A stretch of 64,000 bases of DNA. Source: an uncultured Chloroflexia bacterium (lineage in GTDB: Bacteria; Chloroflexota; Limnocylindria; Limnocylindrales; CSP1-4). Positions 31,716 through 41,972 of this stretch are shown here, one piece after another. The notes beneath the pieces were generated by a model. That model was not told the DNA's origin. It made no database searches and saw only the letters and a program-made list of their open reading frames with translations. The stretch's first letter is position 1. The number at the start of each line of letters is the position of its first letter. A program made the position numbers and the translations under genes. Location: NCBI GenBank assembly GCA_963735865.1, contig CAVTML010000001.1, positions 313,023-377,022 on the forward strand, read 5' to 3'.

Positions 31716-34185
31716 GAGCGCAACCCCGTCAGCCACAGCCTCCGGGACCCCCGCCGCGCCGCTGGAGATCGTGCTGCCGATCCGCGGTATGACCTGCGCG
31801 TCGTGCGTCAACCGCATCGAGCGGTACCTGCGGGGCACCGACGGCGTTCTGGAGGCCAACGTCAACCTCGCCACGGAGCGAGCCACGCGTGCGCGTCGAC
31901 CCCGCCGTCGCGGGTCGCCCCGAGCTCGTGGCGGCGGTCGAGGCGGCCGGCTACGACGTTCGTGCGGAGGACCCCGCGGCCGCCGACCTGCCGCGCTCCA
32001 CGGAGATGACCGCCGACGACGCCACACGGGCCGCCGAACGCCGGGACCTGCTGCGCAAGGCGTCCGTCTCGCTGGCCGTGGCCGCACTGATCATGGCCGC
32101 CATGTTCTGGCCGCAGTCGGCCGTGCCCATGACGACCATCAACTGGCTCCTCCTGATACCGGCGACGTTCATCCAGTTCTGGGCGGGGCGCGGCTTCTAC
32201 GTCGCCGCCCTGCGAGCCGCGCGACACGGCACCACGACGCATGGACACGCTCGTGGCGGTCGGCACCACCGCGGCCTGGGCCTACAGCGTCGTCGTGACG
32301 CTCTTGCCCGTCGGCCATGGTGCGGGCCGGCCTCGAGCCGCAGACCTACTTCGACAGCTCGACCATCATCGTCGGGCTCATCCTGCTCGGCCGCTGGCTG
32401 GAGGCACGGGCCAAGGGCCAGACGAGCGGACGCCATCCGCCGCCTCATCGGCCTGCAGCCGCGCACGGCGCGACGCTTGCACGGATGGCGCAGGAGGTCG
32501 ACGTGCCGCTCGAGGTCGTCCGCGTCGGCGACCTGCTGCGCGTCCGGCCGGGGGAGCAGGTGCCGGTCGACGGGATCGTCGTCGAGGGCGCCTCCGCGGT
32601 CGACGAGTCGATGCTGACGGGCGAGGCGATGCCGGTCGACAAGACGCCGGGCGACACGGTCATCGGGGCGACGCTCAACGCGTCCGGGTCGCTTCGTGAT
32701 GCGCGCGACGCGCGTCGGCCGGGACACCGTCCTGGCCCGATCGTCGCGCTGGTCGAACGGGCCCAGGGCTCCAAGGCGCCCATCCAGCGTCTGGCCGACC
32801 GCGTCAGCGAGATCTTCGTGCCGCTGGTCCTGGTCATCGCCGCGACGACGTTCGTGGTCTGGTTCGCGCTCGGACCCGAGCCCCACCTGACGCTCGCCCT
32901 GACGGCCTTCATCAGCGTGCTCATCATCGCCTGCCCCTGCGCCATGGGCCTCGCCACGCCGACGGCGATCATGGTCGGCACCGGCCAGGCGGCCGAGGCG
33001 GGCATCCTGATCCGGAGTGCGGAGGCGCTCGAGGCGATCGGCCGGATCGACACCGTCGTGTTCGACAAGACGGGCACCCTGACCCTGGGCCGGCCGACGG
33101 TCGAGTCGGTCGTGGCGGCGCCCGGCTCGAACGAGCACGACGTGCTGGATCTGGCGGCGTCGGCGGAGCGCGGCAGTGAGCACCCCCTGGCCGCCGCGAT
33201 CCTCGCCCGCGCCCACCTTGACGAACTGGGCTTCCAGCCGGTCGAGGCGTTCACCGCCAGCCCCGGCTACGGGGTCGAGGCCACCGTCGGCGGGCGGCGC
33301 GTGCTCGTCGGCATCGCGCGCCTGATGGCCGAGCACGGCATCGAAGCGGGTCCTGACGGCGCGGCACTGATACCGCGGATGCCGACGATCATCCACGTGG
33401 CCGCGGACGGACGGGCGGCGGGCCGCATTCGCATCACCGACCCGGTGCGGCCCGAGGCGGCCCAGGCGGTCGCCGAACTCACCGCTGCCGGACGGCAGGT
33501 GTGGCTCCTTTCGGGCGACTCGCCGGCGACGGCATCGGCCGTGGGGGCGGCGGTCGGCATCGCACCCGAGCGAGTGCGCGGCGGGACGCTGCCCGCCGAC
33601 AAGGCACGCCTCGTAGCCGCGCTGCAGGCCGCCGGCCGTCGCGTGGCGATGGTCGGCGACGGCATCAACGATGCGCCCGCCCTGGCCCAGGCCGACGTCG
33701 GCGTCGCCATCGGCACCGGCGCCGACGTGGCCATCGAGGCCTCCGACGTGACGCTCGTCGGCGGCGATCCGCGCAGCGTCGTTCGGGCCATCGACCTGTC
33801 GCGCCGGACCACCACGGTCATCCGCCAGAACCTGGTCTGGGCGTTCGGCTACAACGTGCTGCTCATCCCGGTGGCGATGGGCGTGCTCTACCCGTTCACC
33901 GGGACGCTGCTCAACCCCGGCCTCGCGGCTGGGGCCATGGCCATCTCGTCCGTGAGTGTCGTCACGAACTCGCTGCGCCTGCGGCGTCGCCACCCCGTGC
34001 CGGAGCCGACCCGTCCGGCCATCGACCCGGTCTGCGGCATGACGGTCGAGCCCCCGACGGCTCGTTCAACCGGCCTGCACAGCCGGCTCGGTGAGGTCGA
34101 CTACTACTTCTGCGGCCGAGGCTGCAAGCTCGAGTTCGACGAGCACCCGGCGAGCTACCTGGCGGCCGCTCCCAGTTCGTCGTAG
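31714..34185 (+). CDS. copA: Cu(I)-translocating P1B-type ATPase with N-terminal HMA and C-terminal YHS domain, several frameshifts
   Basis: [39 protein letters not shown]...MAISS; C-terminal DPVCGM...YYFCGRGC. Confidence 0.92.
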
Positions 34186-35215
34186 CCCTTCCAGCGGTAG
34201 ATCAGGGTGGAGATCGCCCAGCTGCCGAGGAAGATGGCGATGATGGCCAGCCCGACGAGGCCGAAGTCGAGGCTGTCCAGCGCATCCCACAGGCCCCCGG
34301 TCAGGCCGAGCTCCGTGCCGATGACGTTGAGGGTCTCGATCCCGCCGATGACGAAGGCGATGATGACCGACACGAGCGTGATGTTGAGGTTGTAGTACAG
34401 CTTGCGGATCGGCTTGACGTAGGCCCAGCCGTAGGCCCCGAGCATCAGCACGCCGTCGGTCGTGTCGACCAGCGACATGCCCGCCGCGAAGAGGGCCGGC
34501 AGCAGCAGGATGTAGCCGATCGGCAGGTGGCTCGCGCCGGACGTCGCGGCCAGGCCAAGCAGCGCCACCTCGCTGGCCGTGTCGAAGCCCAGGCCGAAGA
34601 GCACGCCGAGCGGGTACATGTGCCAGCTCTTGCGGATCATCCGCAGCGCCGGCCGGAAGATCCGCGCCAGCAGGCCGCGCTCGTTGAGGATAGTCCTCGA
34701 GGGTCTCCTCGTCGTAGGCCCCGCCTGCCGAGACCTTGCGGAACATCCGGTAGATGTCGACCAGCACGACCAGGTTGATGATGCCGATGACCATCAGGAA
34801 CGTCGCCGACACCGTCGTGCCGATGAGCCCGCCGATCGACTGCAGCGGCCGGGATATCGCTGACGATGCCGGCCGAGATGGCGATGAGGACCGAGAGGGC
34901 GACGACGATCGTGGAGTGGCCCAGGGAGAAGAAGAGGCCCACCGCGACCGGCCGCTGGCCGTCCTGCATGAGCTTGCGGGTGGTGTTGTCGATGGCCGCG
35001 ATGTGGTCCGCGTCGACCGCGTGGCGCAGGCCGAACGAGTAGGCCAGGAACGCCGTCGGGAGCAGGATCGGGTAGCTCACCGACCCCAGGAGGACGAGCA
35101 CCCAGACCAGCACGTTGAAACCCAGCAAGAAGGCGTACACGCGCACGACCCCGCGCTTGACGGGGCTGGAGCTGCCGAGGATGCGGCGGGCTGTCGTCAG
35201 CAACAGGATCTCCAC
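34155..35215 (-). CDS. HoxN/HupN/NixA (NiCoT) nickel/cobalt permease, frameshifted
   Basis: [15 protein letters not shown] signature, [26 protein letters not shown]. Confidence 0.92.
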
Positions 35216-35239
35216 GCCTAGGGTGGTCGACTGGTCGCG

Positions 35240-35278
35240 ATGCTAGCCGACGCACCCGTTTATCGCAACGTGTGGCAA
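35240..35278 (-). promoter_or_regulatory. Promoter for the NiCoT gene with possible Fur-family (Nur-like) site
   Basis: Minus strand TTGCGA (35268-35263), 17 bp, TAGCAT (35245-35240); TTGCCA-n4-TTGCGA overlaps the -35. Confidence 0.45.
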
Positions 35279-35328
35279 CAAGCGGCCTCGGCATCTGATA
35301 CGCCGGTCGGGCGGCGATGGATCACCCC

Positions 35329-35967
35329 TCAGGCGAAGGAGAACCCCGCCATCAGCTGCTCGAAGCGGGTCATCTGATCGGGATCGGGGACGGTCGGGGT
35401 GAGCGTGTCCGTCCAGCTCAGGAAGAAGCCCTGCGTGCCACGGAGGGCCTGCACCTCGAGCTCCAGCACCCGGTATGGCGGGGCCACGAAGTGGAACGTG
35501 CTGATCGTGGCCGGCAAGCCCCCCAGGGTCGTGGACGCCACCGCCTCGCGCGGCTCGACGTGGAAGTCCTCGAGGTGCGCCACGACCGGGCAGATCCACG
35601 ACGAGAGCTGCTGGTTCGCGGCGACCGCGACCACGCCGACCGTGATCGTGGTCCCCTTACCGTCGCTGAAGGTGTCGAGGCCCGGTTCGCCCGGGTGCAC
35701 CCCACCGGTCCCGGGGGTCTCGGTCACGCTCCATCCGGCCGGCAGGACCCACGTGTAGCCGTGCCGGCTGGACGTGAACGTGCCGTCGATCCGCTCCGGG
35801 GTGGCCGCGGGGCCCGCCGGTGTGGCCGTCGTGGCGGCCGCTGACGGGGTGTCGCTCACGTCGGCCGACGGTACGGCGGCCGTGGGCGTGGGGGTCACCA
35901 CCGACGCAGCCCCCTGACAGGCAGCCACGAGCACCACGGCGAGCGTCACGACGAGTCGTCGTACCAT
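35329..35967 (-). CDS. Hypothetical lipoprotein (PsbP-like C-domain possible)
   Basis: Lipobox VAAC, T/P/A linker, FTSSRHGYTWVLPAGW. Confidence 0.7.
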   Translation of the reverse strand: MVRRLVVTLAVVLVAACQGAASVVTPTPTAAVPSADVSDTPSAAATTATPAGPAATPERIDGTFTSSRHGYTWVLPAGWSVTETPGTGGVHPGEPGLDTFSDGKGTTITVGVVAVAANQQLSSWICPVVAHLEDFHVEPREAVASTTLGGLPATISTFHFVAPPYRVLELEVQALRGTQGFFLSWTDTLTPTVPDPDQMTRFEQLMAGFSFA

Positions 35968-35975
35968 GCCGCGGA

Positions 35976-36656
35976 ATGGTGCTTCTCGCATCGCGCCGAT
36001 CGTTCCTGCTCCTGCACGTGGTGCGGTTCGCCCTGCTGGGGCTCGGCGGCCTCCTCGTCGGCCACCAGGCCGTGTACATGGCGCAGTATGGCGATGGGGC
36101 CGTTCTCGCCCAGGCCATGACCTCGGGCGGCCACGATGGCTACTGGGGCACGTTCACGACCGTGGCCCTCTCCGGCCTGCTGCTCCTGCTGCTGCGCACC
36201 GCCTGGCGCCTGATCGAGCTGCGGCGTGACACGGCCGGCGTCGTGCGCGATACGACCGACGCCCGGCCGGCGCGGGCTTACGCGCGCGAGCTGCTCCGCC
36301 TCTGGCCGCCGCTCTTCGGCACGGTGGCCGTGGCCTACCTCATCCAGGAGAACATCGAGCACCTCGTGGCCCAGGGCCACCTGGCCGGCTTCTCGCCCAT
36401 CGTCGGCGCTGGGGCACCGCTCGCCCTGCCCATCCTGGGGCTGGTCACCCTCGCCTTCGCCCTGGTCGGCGCCCTGGTGCGCTGGCGGATCGCCGTACTC
36501 GAAGCCCTCGTTCGCTTCGCCCGCGGACACACCCGCTGGAGGGTCGGCGCCGTCCGTCCCGTCACGCGCTGGACCCTGGTCGGCGCGATCCGCGCGACCT
36601 TCTGGTCACTGGCCCGCCAGGGGCCGGTCCGGGCGCCGCCCTCCTCCTTGGCCTGA
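35976..36656 (+). CDS. Hypothetical membrane protein, first gene of copper cluster (start uncertain)
   Basis: About 4 TM segments; His motifs GHQAVY, GGHDGYW, QENIEH. Confidence 0.65.
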   Translation: MVLLASRRSFLLLHVVRFALLGLGGLLVGHQAVYMAQYGDGAVLAQAMTSGGHDGYWGTFTTVALSGLLLLLLRTAWRLIELRRDTAGVVRDTTDARPARAYARELLRLWPPLFGTVAVAYLIQENIEHLVAQGHLAGFSPIVGAGAPLALPILGLVTLAFALVGALVRWRIAVLEALVRFARGHTRWRVGAVRPVTRWTLVGAIRATFWSLARQGPVRAPPSSLA

Positions 36657-36713
36657 TGCCTCACCCGGACCCGTCGTGGTCGTCCGGGCGATCCACCTTA
36701 CGAAGGAGACATC

Positions 36714-37334
36714 GTGCACTCCATGCCCCTCGGGCGACGGCTGCGTGCCGTCGCCATGGCCGCCGTGGCCGGCGCCTTCCTCGTCATGGCCACCGTCGTG
36801 CCCGCCTTCGCCCATCAGCAGGTCGACTTCGGGCCGTATCACCTGGAGATCGGCTTCATCGACGAACCGGTCTACGTGGGCGACAAGAGCGGCCTCGAAT
36901 TCGACGTCTTCAAGGGCGCAGCCGATGTGCCCGGCCTGGAGAAGACGCTCAAGGCCCAGGTCATCTACCAGGGCCAGACCCGCGATCTCGAGTTGCAGCC
37001 GGAGACGTCTGACACGAACAACTTCTATCGCGCCTACTTCATCCCCACCGCCGCGGGTCCGTACACGTTCCATATCTACGGCACCATCGAAAGCATGGCC
37101 TTCGACCAGTCGTACACGTCCAGCCCGACGGGGTTCGACGAGGTCCAGGACGCCGCGCCGGGCGAGTTCCCGGTGCGGCTGCCGACCCTCGCCGAGCTGC
37201 AAGCCAACGCGCAGAAGGGTGCCGACGCGGCTAACCAGGTGACGATCGCGCTCGTCCTCGGCGGCGCGGGCGTCGTCATCGGCCTGCTCGGGGTGGGGCT
37301 CGCGCTGGCGGCCCGCCGCCGGCCGGCCGGCTAG
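36714..37334 (+). CDS. Secreted, C-terminally anchored protein with His at mature N-terminus
   Basis: AAGGAG RBS; signal peptide ending AFA-H; C-terminal TM followed by RRR. Confidence 0.75.
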   Translation: MHSMPLGRRLRAVAMAAVAGAFLVMATVVPAFAHQQVDFGPYHLEIGFIDEPVYVGDKSGLEFDVFKGAADVPGLEKTLKAQVIYQGQTRDLELQPETSDTNNFYRAYFIPTAAGPYTFHIYGTIESMAFDQSYTSSPTGFDEVQDAAPGEFPVRLPTLAELQANAQKGADAANQVTIALVLGGAGVVIGLLGVGLALAARRRPAG

Positions 37335-37339
37335 CGGCC

Positions 37340-39247
37340 ATGGACGGACGGCGCGGGTTCGGTCGCCATCGCCTCCTCGCGGTGGGGGCAGCATCGGTCG
37401 GACTCGCCCTGTCCGTCCTCCTCGTGGCCACGGTCGGGACGGTCCTTGGCCACTCGCAACTCGTCTCCAGCTCTCCGGGCGCCGGCCAGGTGGTGGCCGC
37501 CTCACCGACGGTCATCCGCCTCATCTTCAGCGAGCCGATCGAGGGTCGCTACACGAGCATGGACCTGCTCGATTCGAACGGGAAGCTGCTGTTGGGGGGC
37601 GTCGGGTCGGTCGATCCGACCGACCCGAACGCGCTCGTCGCCCAGATCGTGAACCCCCTCCCCGACGGCGCCTACTCCATCAACTGGCGTGCCGTCTCCG
37701 CGGCCGACGGTCACAGCACCAACGGGTTCCTGAGCTTCGGCGTGGGGAACGCCACGCTGCCTGCCGGCGCTGGGCAGACGGGCGCAAACGTGGGGGACCT
37801 GCACGCGAGTCATAGCGGCGGCATAGCCTCTCTTCAGGACTTCGCCAAGACCATCGGCGACGGCGGGGCGATGCTGGCGTTCGGCCTGTGGCTCTTCGGC
37901 CTCCTCGTGCTGCGCCCCGTTCGTGGCCAGGTGCAGAGGGGCCTCGTCCTGGCCCAGGTCGCATCGATGGCGGTGGCGACGGTGGGGACCGTGCTGTACA
38001 TCGTGGGCAGCCTGCTGTCCCTGCCAGCGACCCCTCAAGGCATCGATGTTGGCGGGTTCCTCGACGGGACGCGCATCGGCCAGCTTCTCACCGCACGGAC
38101 GCTGCTGGAAGTCGGGGTCGCTGCGATCGGCCTCGGCCTCGTAGTCCGGTCCGGCGACCGGCTGGCGGTGGCGACATCCACCGTCCTGGGCGTGGGGAGC
38201 GGTGGCGCGCTCGTCCTCGTCGCGCTGATGGGCCACAGCGCAGCCTTCAGCCCGCCGATCCCGTTGGCGCTCGACGTCGTGCATCTCGGGTCGGCGGGCG
38301 TGTGGATCTCAGGGATCGCCGCGCTCGCTCTCCTCACGGGGTTCGGCAGTGGACCGGTGCGGGCCGAACTGCGCGAGATCGTGCCCCGGTTCTCCGCCCT
38401 CGCATTGGCCAGCGGCGGCCTCCTCGCCACCACGGGCCTCTACGCCGCGTGGACCAATACCCACGACTTCACGAGTCTGCCCGATAGCTACAGCCTCAAC
38501 CTGGCGCTCAAGGTGGCTGTCGTGCTCGCGGCGTTCACGCTCGGCGCGATCAACCTCTTCGACGGCGGTCGCGACCGCTATGCCTTTGGGCTCTCCCGCC
38601 GCGTGGCCGTCGAGGCCATCCTGGCCTTCGCCATCCTGGTGGCCACCGCCAACCTCACCAGCGACTCCCCGACGGCCGACGGACGGCCCATCGCGATCGC
38701 CCCCGTCCCCACCACGGCCGGGACGACGATCGATGCCGAGTTCGCCGTCCAGCCGGCGCTGCCCGGGCCCAACCAGCTGTGGGTCGCTCTGAGGACCGCT
38801 CCGCCGGCCGGTGCTACGGTCAGCATCGTGATCCAGCGCCTTGACGCCACCGAGGGCACCAGCACGCTCAAGCTCGTGCCTGCGACGGCGATCCCGGGCG
38901 TGAGCGGCGCCGCCGTGTACACGGCCAGCGGCGTATCGCTGGCGGCCGATTCCGAGTGGGATGCGTCCGTCATCCTCGCCGGCGCCGACGGCACCGAGAT
39001 CGGGCGGGCCCGCTTCGACTATGCGCTGGGCCAGGATGACCTGACCGCCGGCGCCCAGATCCCGACGCTCGATCCGGCGCTGCTGATCGGCATCCTCCTG
39101 CTCGCGAGCGGTGTGATCGGGTTCGCCTTCTGGATCGGCGGCGGGCGGCCACCCCTCGTCGAGACGGGCCTGGGGCGGCGGGTCCTCGCCGTGGGCAGCG
39201 TGCTCGGCAGCGCGCTCGGGGTGCTGATCCTGGTCGGGCCGCGATGA
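37340..39247 (+). CDS. CopC-CopD fusion (YcnJ-like) copper uptake protein with extra extracellular domain
   Basis: G-HSQLVSSSP, FSEPIE, WRAVSAADGH (CopC); GHS, HLGSAGVWISG, PRFS (CopD). Confidence 0.88.
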   Translation: MDGRRGFGRHRLLAVGAASVGLALSVLLVATVGTVLGHSQLVSSSPGAGQVVAASPTVIRLIFSEPIEGRYTSMDLLDSNGKLLLGGVGSVDPTDPNALVAQIVNPLPDGAYSINWRAVSAADGHSTNGFLSFGVGNATLPAGAGQTGANVGDLHASHSGGIASLQDFAKTIGDGGAMLAFGLWLFGLLVLRPVRGQVQRGLVLAQVASMAVATVGTVLYIVGSLLSLPATPQGIDVGGFLDGTRIGQLLTARTLLEVGVAAIGLGLVVRSGDRLAVATSTVLGVGSGGALVLVALMGHSAAFSPPIPLALDVVHLGSAGVWISGIAALALLTGFGSGPVRAELREIVPRFSALALASGGLLATTGLYAAWTNTHDFTSLPDSYSLNLALKVAVVLAAFTLGAINLFDGGRDRYAFGLSRRVAVEAILAFAILVATANLTSDSPTADGRPIAIAPVPTTAGTTIDAEFAVQPALPGPNQLWVALRTAPPAGATVSIVIQRLDATEGTSTLKLVPATAIPGVSGAAVYTASGVSLAADSEWDASVILAGADGTEIGRARFDYALGQDDLTAGAQIPTLDPALLIGILLLASGVIGFAFWIGGGRPPLVETGLGRRVLAVGSVLGSALGVLILVGPR

Positions 39248-39918
39248 GACGCCGCGTCGTCGGGCTGCTCGCCCTCGTTGCCCTGCCGACGGCCGGGCCG
39301 CGGGCGGTCGCGACCTTCAGTGCTTCGCCCACGGGCGGGGGCGGAGTGTCCGTCTCGCTGCTCGTGGGCGTGGCGGCCCTTGGCCTGGCCGTCTTCGGCT
39401 TCATGCTGCGGGGCGATCTGCGGGCCCGGTTCCCGCACCGCCAGGGTCTCATCACGAGCGCCATGTGGCTGTGCGGCATCATCGGCTTCGCCTTCACCAT
39501 CAGCGCCCTGACCGAGGCGCCGGCCGTCATCGAGCTGACCAACCCCATCCCGCTGACGGTCGACTCGGTCACGGCGGGGCGTGGCGTCTTCGTGAACTCG
39601 TGCGAGCAGTGCCATGGGGCTTCGGCCCGCGGCGGCGGCCCGCTGGCCTACACGACCCAGATCGCCCCAGCCGACCTCCTCTCCGGCCACCTCCTGCAGC
39701 ACACCGACGGCGACGTCGAGTACTGGGTCGCCAACGGGCTCCCCGGCGGCATGCCGGCCTGGCAGGGCAAGCTGACCCAGACGCAGATCTGGGACGTGGT
39801 CGACTTCCTGCGCGCGATCAACACCGGCCAGGCCACGGTCGCGGGCCCGACTCCCTCGCCAGGTCCGAGCGCCGCTTCGAGCGCCGCTCCGTCTGCGGTA
39901 ACGTCGCCCGGTCCGTGA
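39244..39918 (+). CDS. Membrane-anchored cytochrome c
   Basis: NPIP, CEQCH heme motif, GMPAW axial Met, IWDVVDFLR. Confidence 0.85.
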   Translation: MRRRVVGLLALVALPTAGPRAVATFSASPTGGGGVSVSLLVGVAALGLAVFGFMLRGDLRARFPHRQGLITSAMWLCGIIGFAFTISALTEAPAVIELTNPIPLTVDSVTAGRGVFVNSCEQCHGASARGGGPLAYTTQIAPADLLSGHLLQHTDGDVEYWVANGLPGGMPAWQGKLTQTQIWDVVDFLRAINTGQATVAGPTPSPGPSAASSAAPSAVTSPGP

Positions 39919-40307
39919 GGCGCGTCCCGCCCCGGTACCTCCTGGCCGGCGTCGCTCTGGTCGTAGCGATCGGCGCGGTCGCCCTCCTGGCTGCCCAGAG
40001 CCTGGGGATCGGCCGGCCATCGACCGAGACCGGCCTGGTCATCGACGTCCAGTCGAACTCAGCCGTCGACATCACGGGCTTCACCCTTCGGACGCAGGAT
40101 GGGCAGCTGCACTACTACGCGGTGGGGCGCCTCGACACGGCCAGCCCCGGCTTCCCGGCGGTCCATCTGCGGTCCCACCTGATCTCGCTCATCCCGGTCG
40201 TCGTGACCTACGAGATGGATGGCGATCAGCGGGTGGCCGTGCGCATCGTGGACGCCACGCTGCCGCAGTCGACGGCCACGCCCCTGGTCGTCTCGGCGAC
40301 CCCTTGA
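39915..40307 (+). CDS. Hypothetical membrane-anchored protein
   Basis: N-terminal TM, HLRSH motif; GTGA overlap with the cytochrome c stop. Confidence 0.65.
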   Translation: MRRVPPRYLLAGVALVVAIGAVALLAAQSLGIGRPSTETGLVIDVQSNSAVDITGFTLRTQDGQLHYYAVGRLDTASPGFPAVHLRSHLISLIPVVVTYEMDGDQRVAVRIVDATLPQSTATPLVVSATP

Positions 40308-40317
40308 GCAGCGGCTC

Positions 40318-40923
40318 CTAGGCCAACTCCACGCCCACCGCCGCGAGCTCGGCGAGGGCCCTCTCCCCGTCATCGGGCGCCATGTTCACCGCGGCCACGG
40401 CGGCGCGGACCACGGTGGTCCCGAAGCCGAGCATGTGAGCGTCGATCGCCGTGGCCCGCACGCAGTAGTCGGTGGCCAGGCCGACGACGACCGCCTTCTC
40501 GATGTTGCGCTGGCGCAGGAGGTCGACCAGCTCGGTGGGCGTCGTCTCGCCGGATACCGGGTCGCGCATCGAGAAGCCCGAGTAGCCGTCCTCGCCGTTC
40601 GTGCCCTTGCGCACGACCGGGCCGTCGACCGTGAGCCGCGGGTGGAACTCGGCCCCCCACGTCTCGTGCACACAATGGACCGGCCACGTGCCACCGTCCT
40701 TGGCGAAGTGCGGCGTGACCGCCGGGTGCCAGTCCTGGGTGTAGACGACGAGCGCGTCCGCGGCGCGCGCGGCGGCGATCTCGGCCTCGATGACCGGCAG
40801 GATCGCTGGCGCGCCGGCGACGGCGAGGCTGCCGGCCGGATCGGCGAAGTCGTTCTGGACGTCGACCACGATGAGGGCCGTCCAGAGGTCGTAGCGAGGC
40901 CGGGAAGGGGGTGTGGTGCTCAT
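40318..40923 (-). CDS. pncA: Nicotinamidase/pyrazinamidase (isochorismatase family)
   Basis: VDVQNDF, TQDWHP, WPVHCV, RKG...YSGF, GLATDYCV. Confidence 0.9.
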   Translation of the reverse strand: MSTTPPSRPRYDLWTALIVVDVQNDFADPAGSLAVAGAPAILPVIEAEIAAARAADALVVYTQDWHPAVTPHFAKDGGTWPVHCVHETWGAEFHPRLTVDGPVVRKGTNGEDGYSGFSMRDPVSGETTPTELVDLLRQRNIEKAVVVGLATDYCVRATAIDAHMLGFGTTVVRAAVAAVNMAPDDGERALAELAAVGVELA

Positions 40924-40980
40924 GCCCGCATCCTATCGCCGCCGCGGCGCCGGGAAGGCCTCTCGGCTACCATCAGGTTC

Positions 40981-41970
40981 GTGAGCTTCCCCACGAGTAC
41001 CACGGGCCTGTCCATGCCCGTGGCGAACCTCACCGCTCCCGGCACGGGCGCCTCCGGCGACGTCATCGTCGTGCGCGACCTGCGCAAGCACTTCGGCAAC
41101 GTCCAGGCCGTGGACGGCGTCGACTTCGTGGTCCACAAAGGCGAGATCTTCGGCCTGCTCGGACCCAACGGCGCCGGGAAGACCACCACGATCGAGATGC
41201 TCGAAGGCCTCCAGCGGGCCGACGGGGGCCAGCTGCGGGTGCTCGACCTCGACCCCGCTCGCCAGGCGCCCCAGTTGAAGGCGCGCATCGGCGTGCAGCT
41301 CCAGACGGCATCCCTCTACCCGCAGCTGACGGTGGCCGAGATCCTGGCCCTCTTCGGCTCGTTCTACCCGAGGGCCCTGCCGGTGAAGCAGCTGCTTGAC
41401 GCCCTGGACCTGGACGAGAAGAAGGACGCGCGGTCCAAGACCCTGTCGGGCGGCCAGCAGCAGCGCCTGTCGGTCGCCCTGGCGATGGTCAACGACCCCG
41501 AGCTGGTCTTCCTCGACGAGCCCACGACCGGCCTTGACCCCGCCGCCCGCCGCGCCTTGTGGGACCTCATCGCCGGGATGCGCCAGCAGGGTAAGACGGT
41601 CCTCATGACGACGCACTACATGGAGGAGGCGGAGATCCTCTGCGACCGGCTGGCGATCATGGACCACGGCAAGCTGCTGGACATGGGCACCGTGACCGAG
41701 CTGGTCGGCCGCCGCTTCAAGGAGCGCGCCGTCCGGTTCGACACGATCGACCGGCTCACCGACACACAGCTGAGCGGCCTGGCCGCGGTCACCCACGTGG
41801 CGCGGGAAGGGCCGGAGACGGTGCTGTACACGGCCGATGTACCGGCCACGATCGGCGCCCTGCTGAGCGCCACCGAGGCCCTCGCCGTCGAGCCGGCCAA
41901 CCTGATGGTCCGCCGGGCGACCCTGGAGGACGTCTTCCTGGACCTCACCGGCCGGGCCCTGCGGGACTAG
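40981..41970 (+). CDS. ABC-2 type transporter ATP-binding protein
   Basis: GPNGAGKTT, LSGGQQQR, LDEPTTGLD, TTHYMEEAE; TACCAT seven nt before GTG. Confidence 0.92.
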   Translation: MSFPTSTTGLSMPVANLTAPGTGASGDVIVVRDLRKHFGNVQAVDGVDFVVHKGEIFGLLGPNGAGKTTTIEMLEGLQRADGGQLRVLDLDPARQAPQLKARIGVQLQTASLYPQLTVAEILALFGSFYPRALPVKQLLDALDLDEKKDARSKTLSGGQQQRLSVALAMVNDPELVFLDEPTTGLDPAARRALWDLIAGMRQQGKTVLMTTHYMEEAEILCDRLAIMDHGKLLDMGTVTELVGRRFKERAVRFDTIDRLTDTQLSGLAAVTHVAREGPETVLYTADVPATIGALLSATEALAVEPANLMVRRATLEDVFLDLTGRALRD

Positions 41971-41972
41971 CG

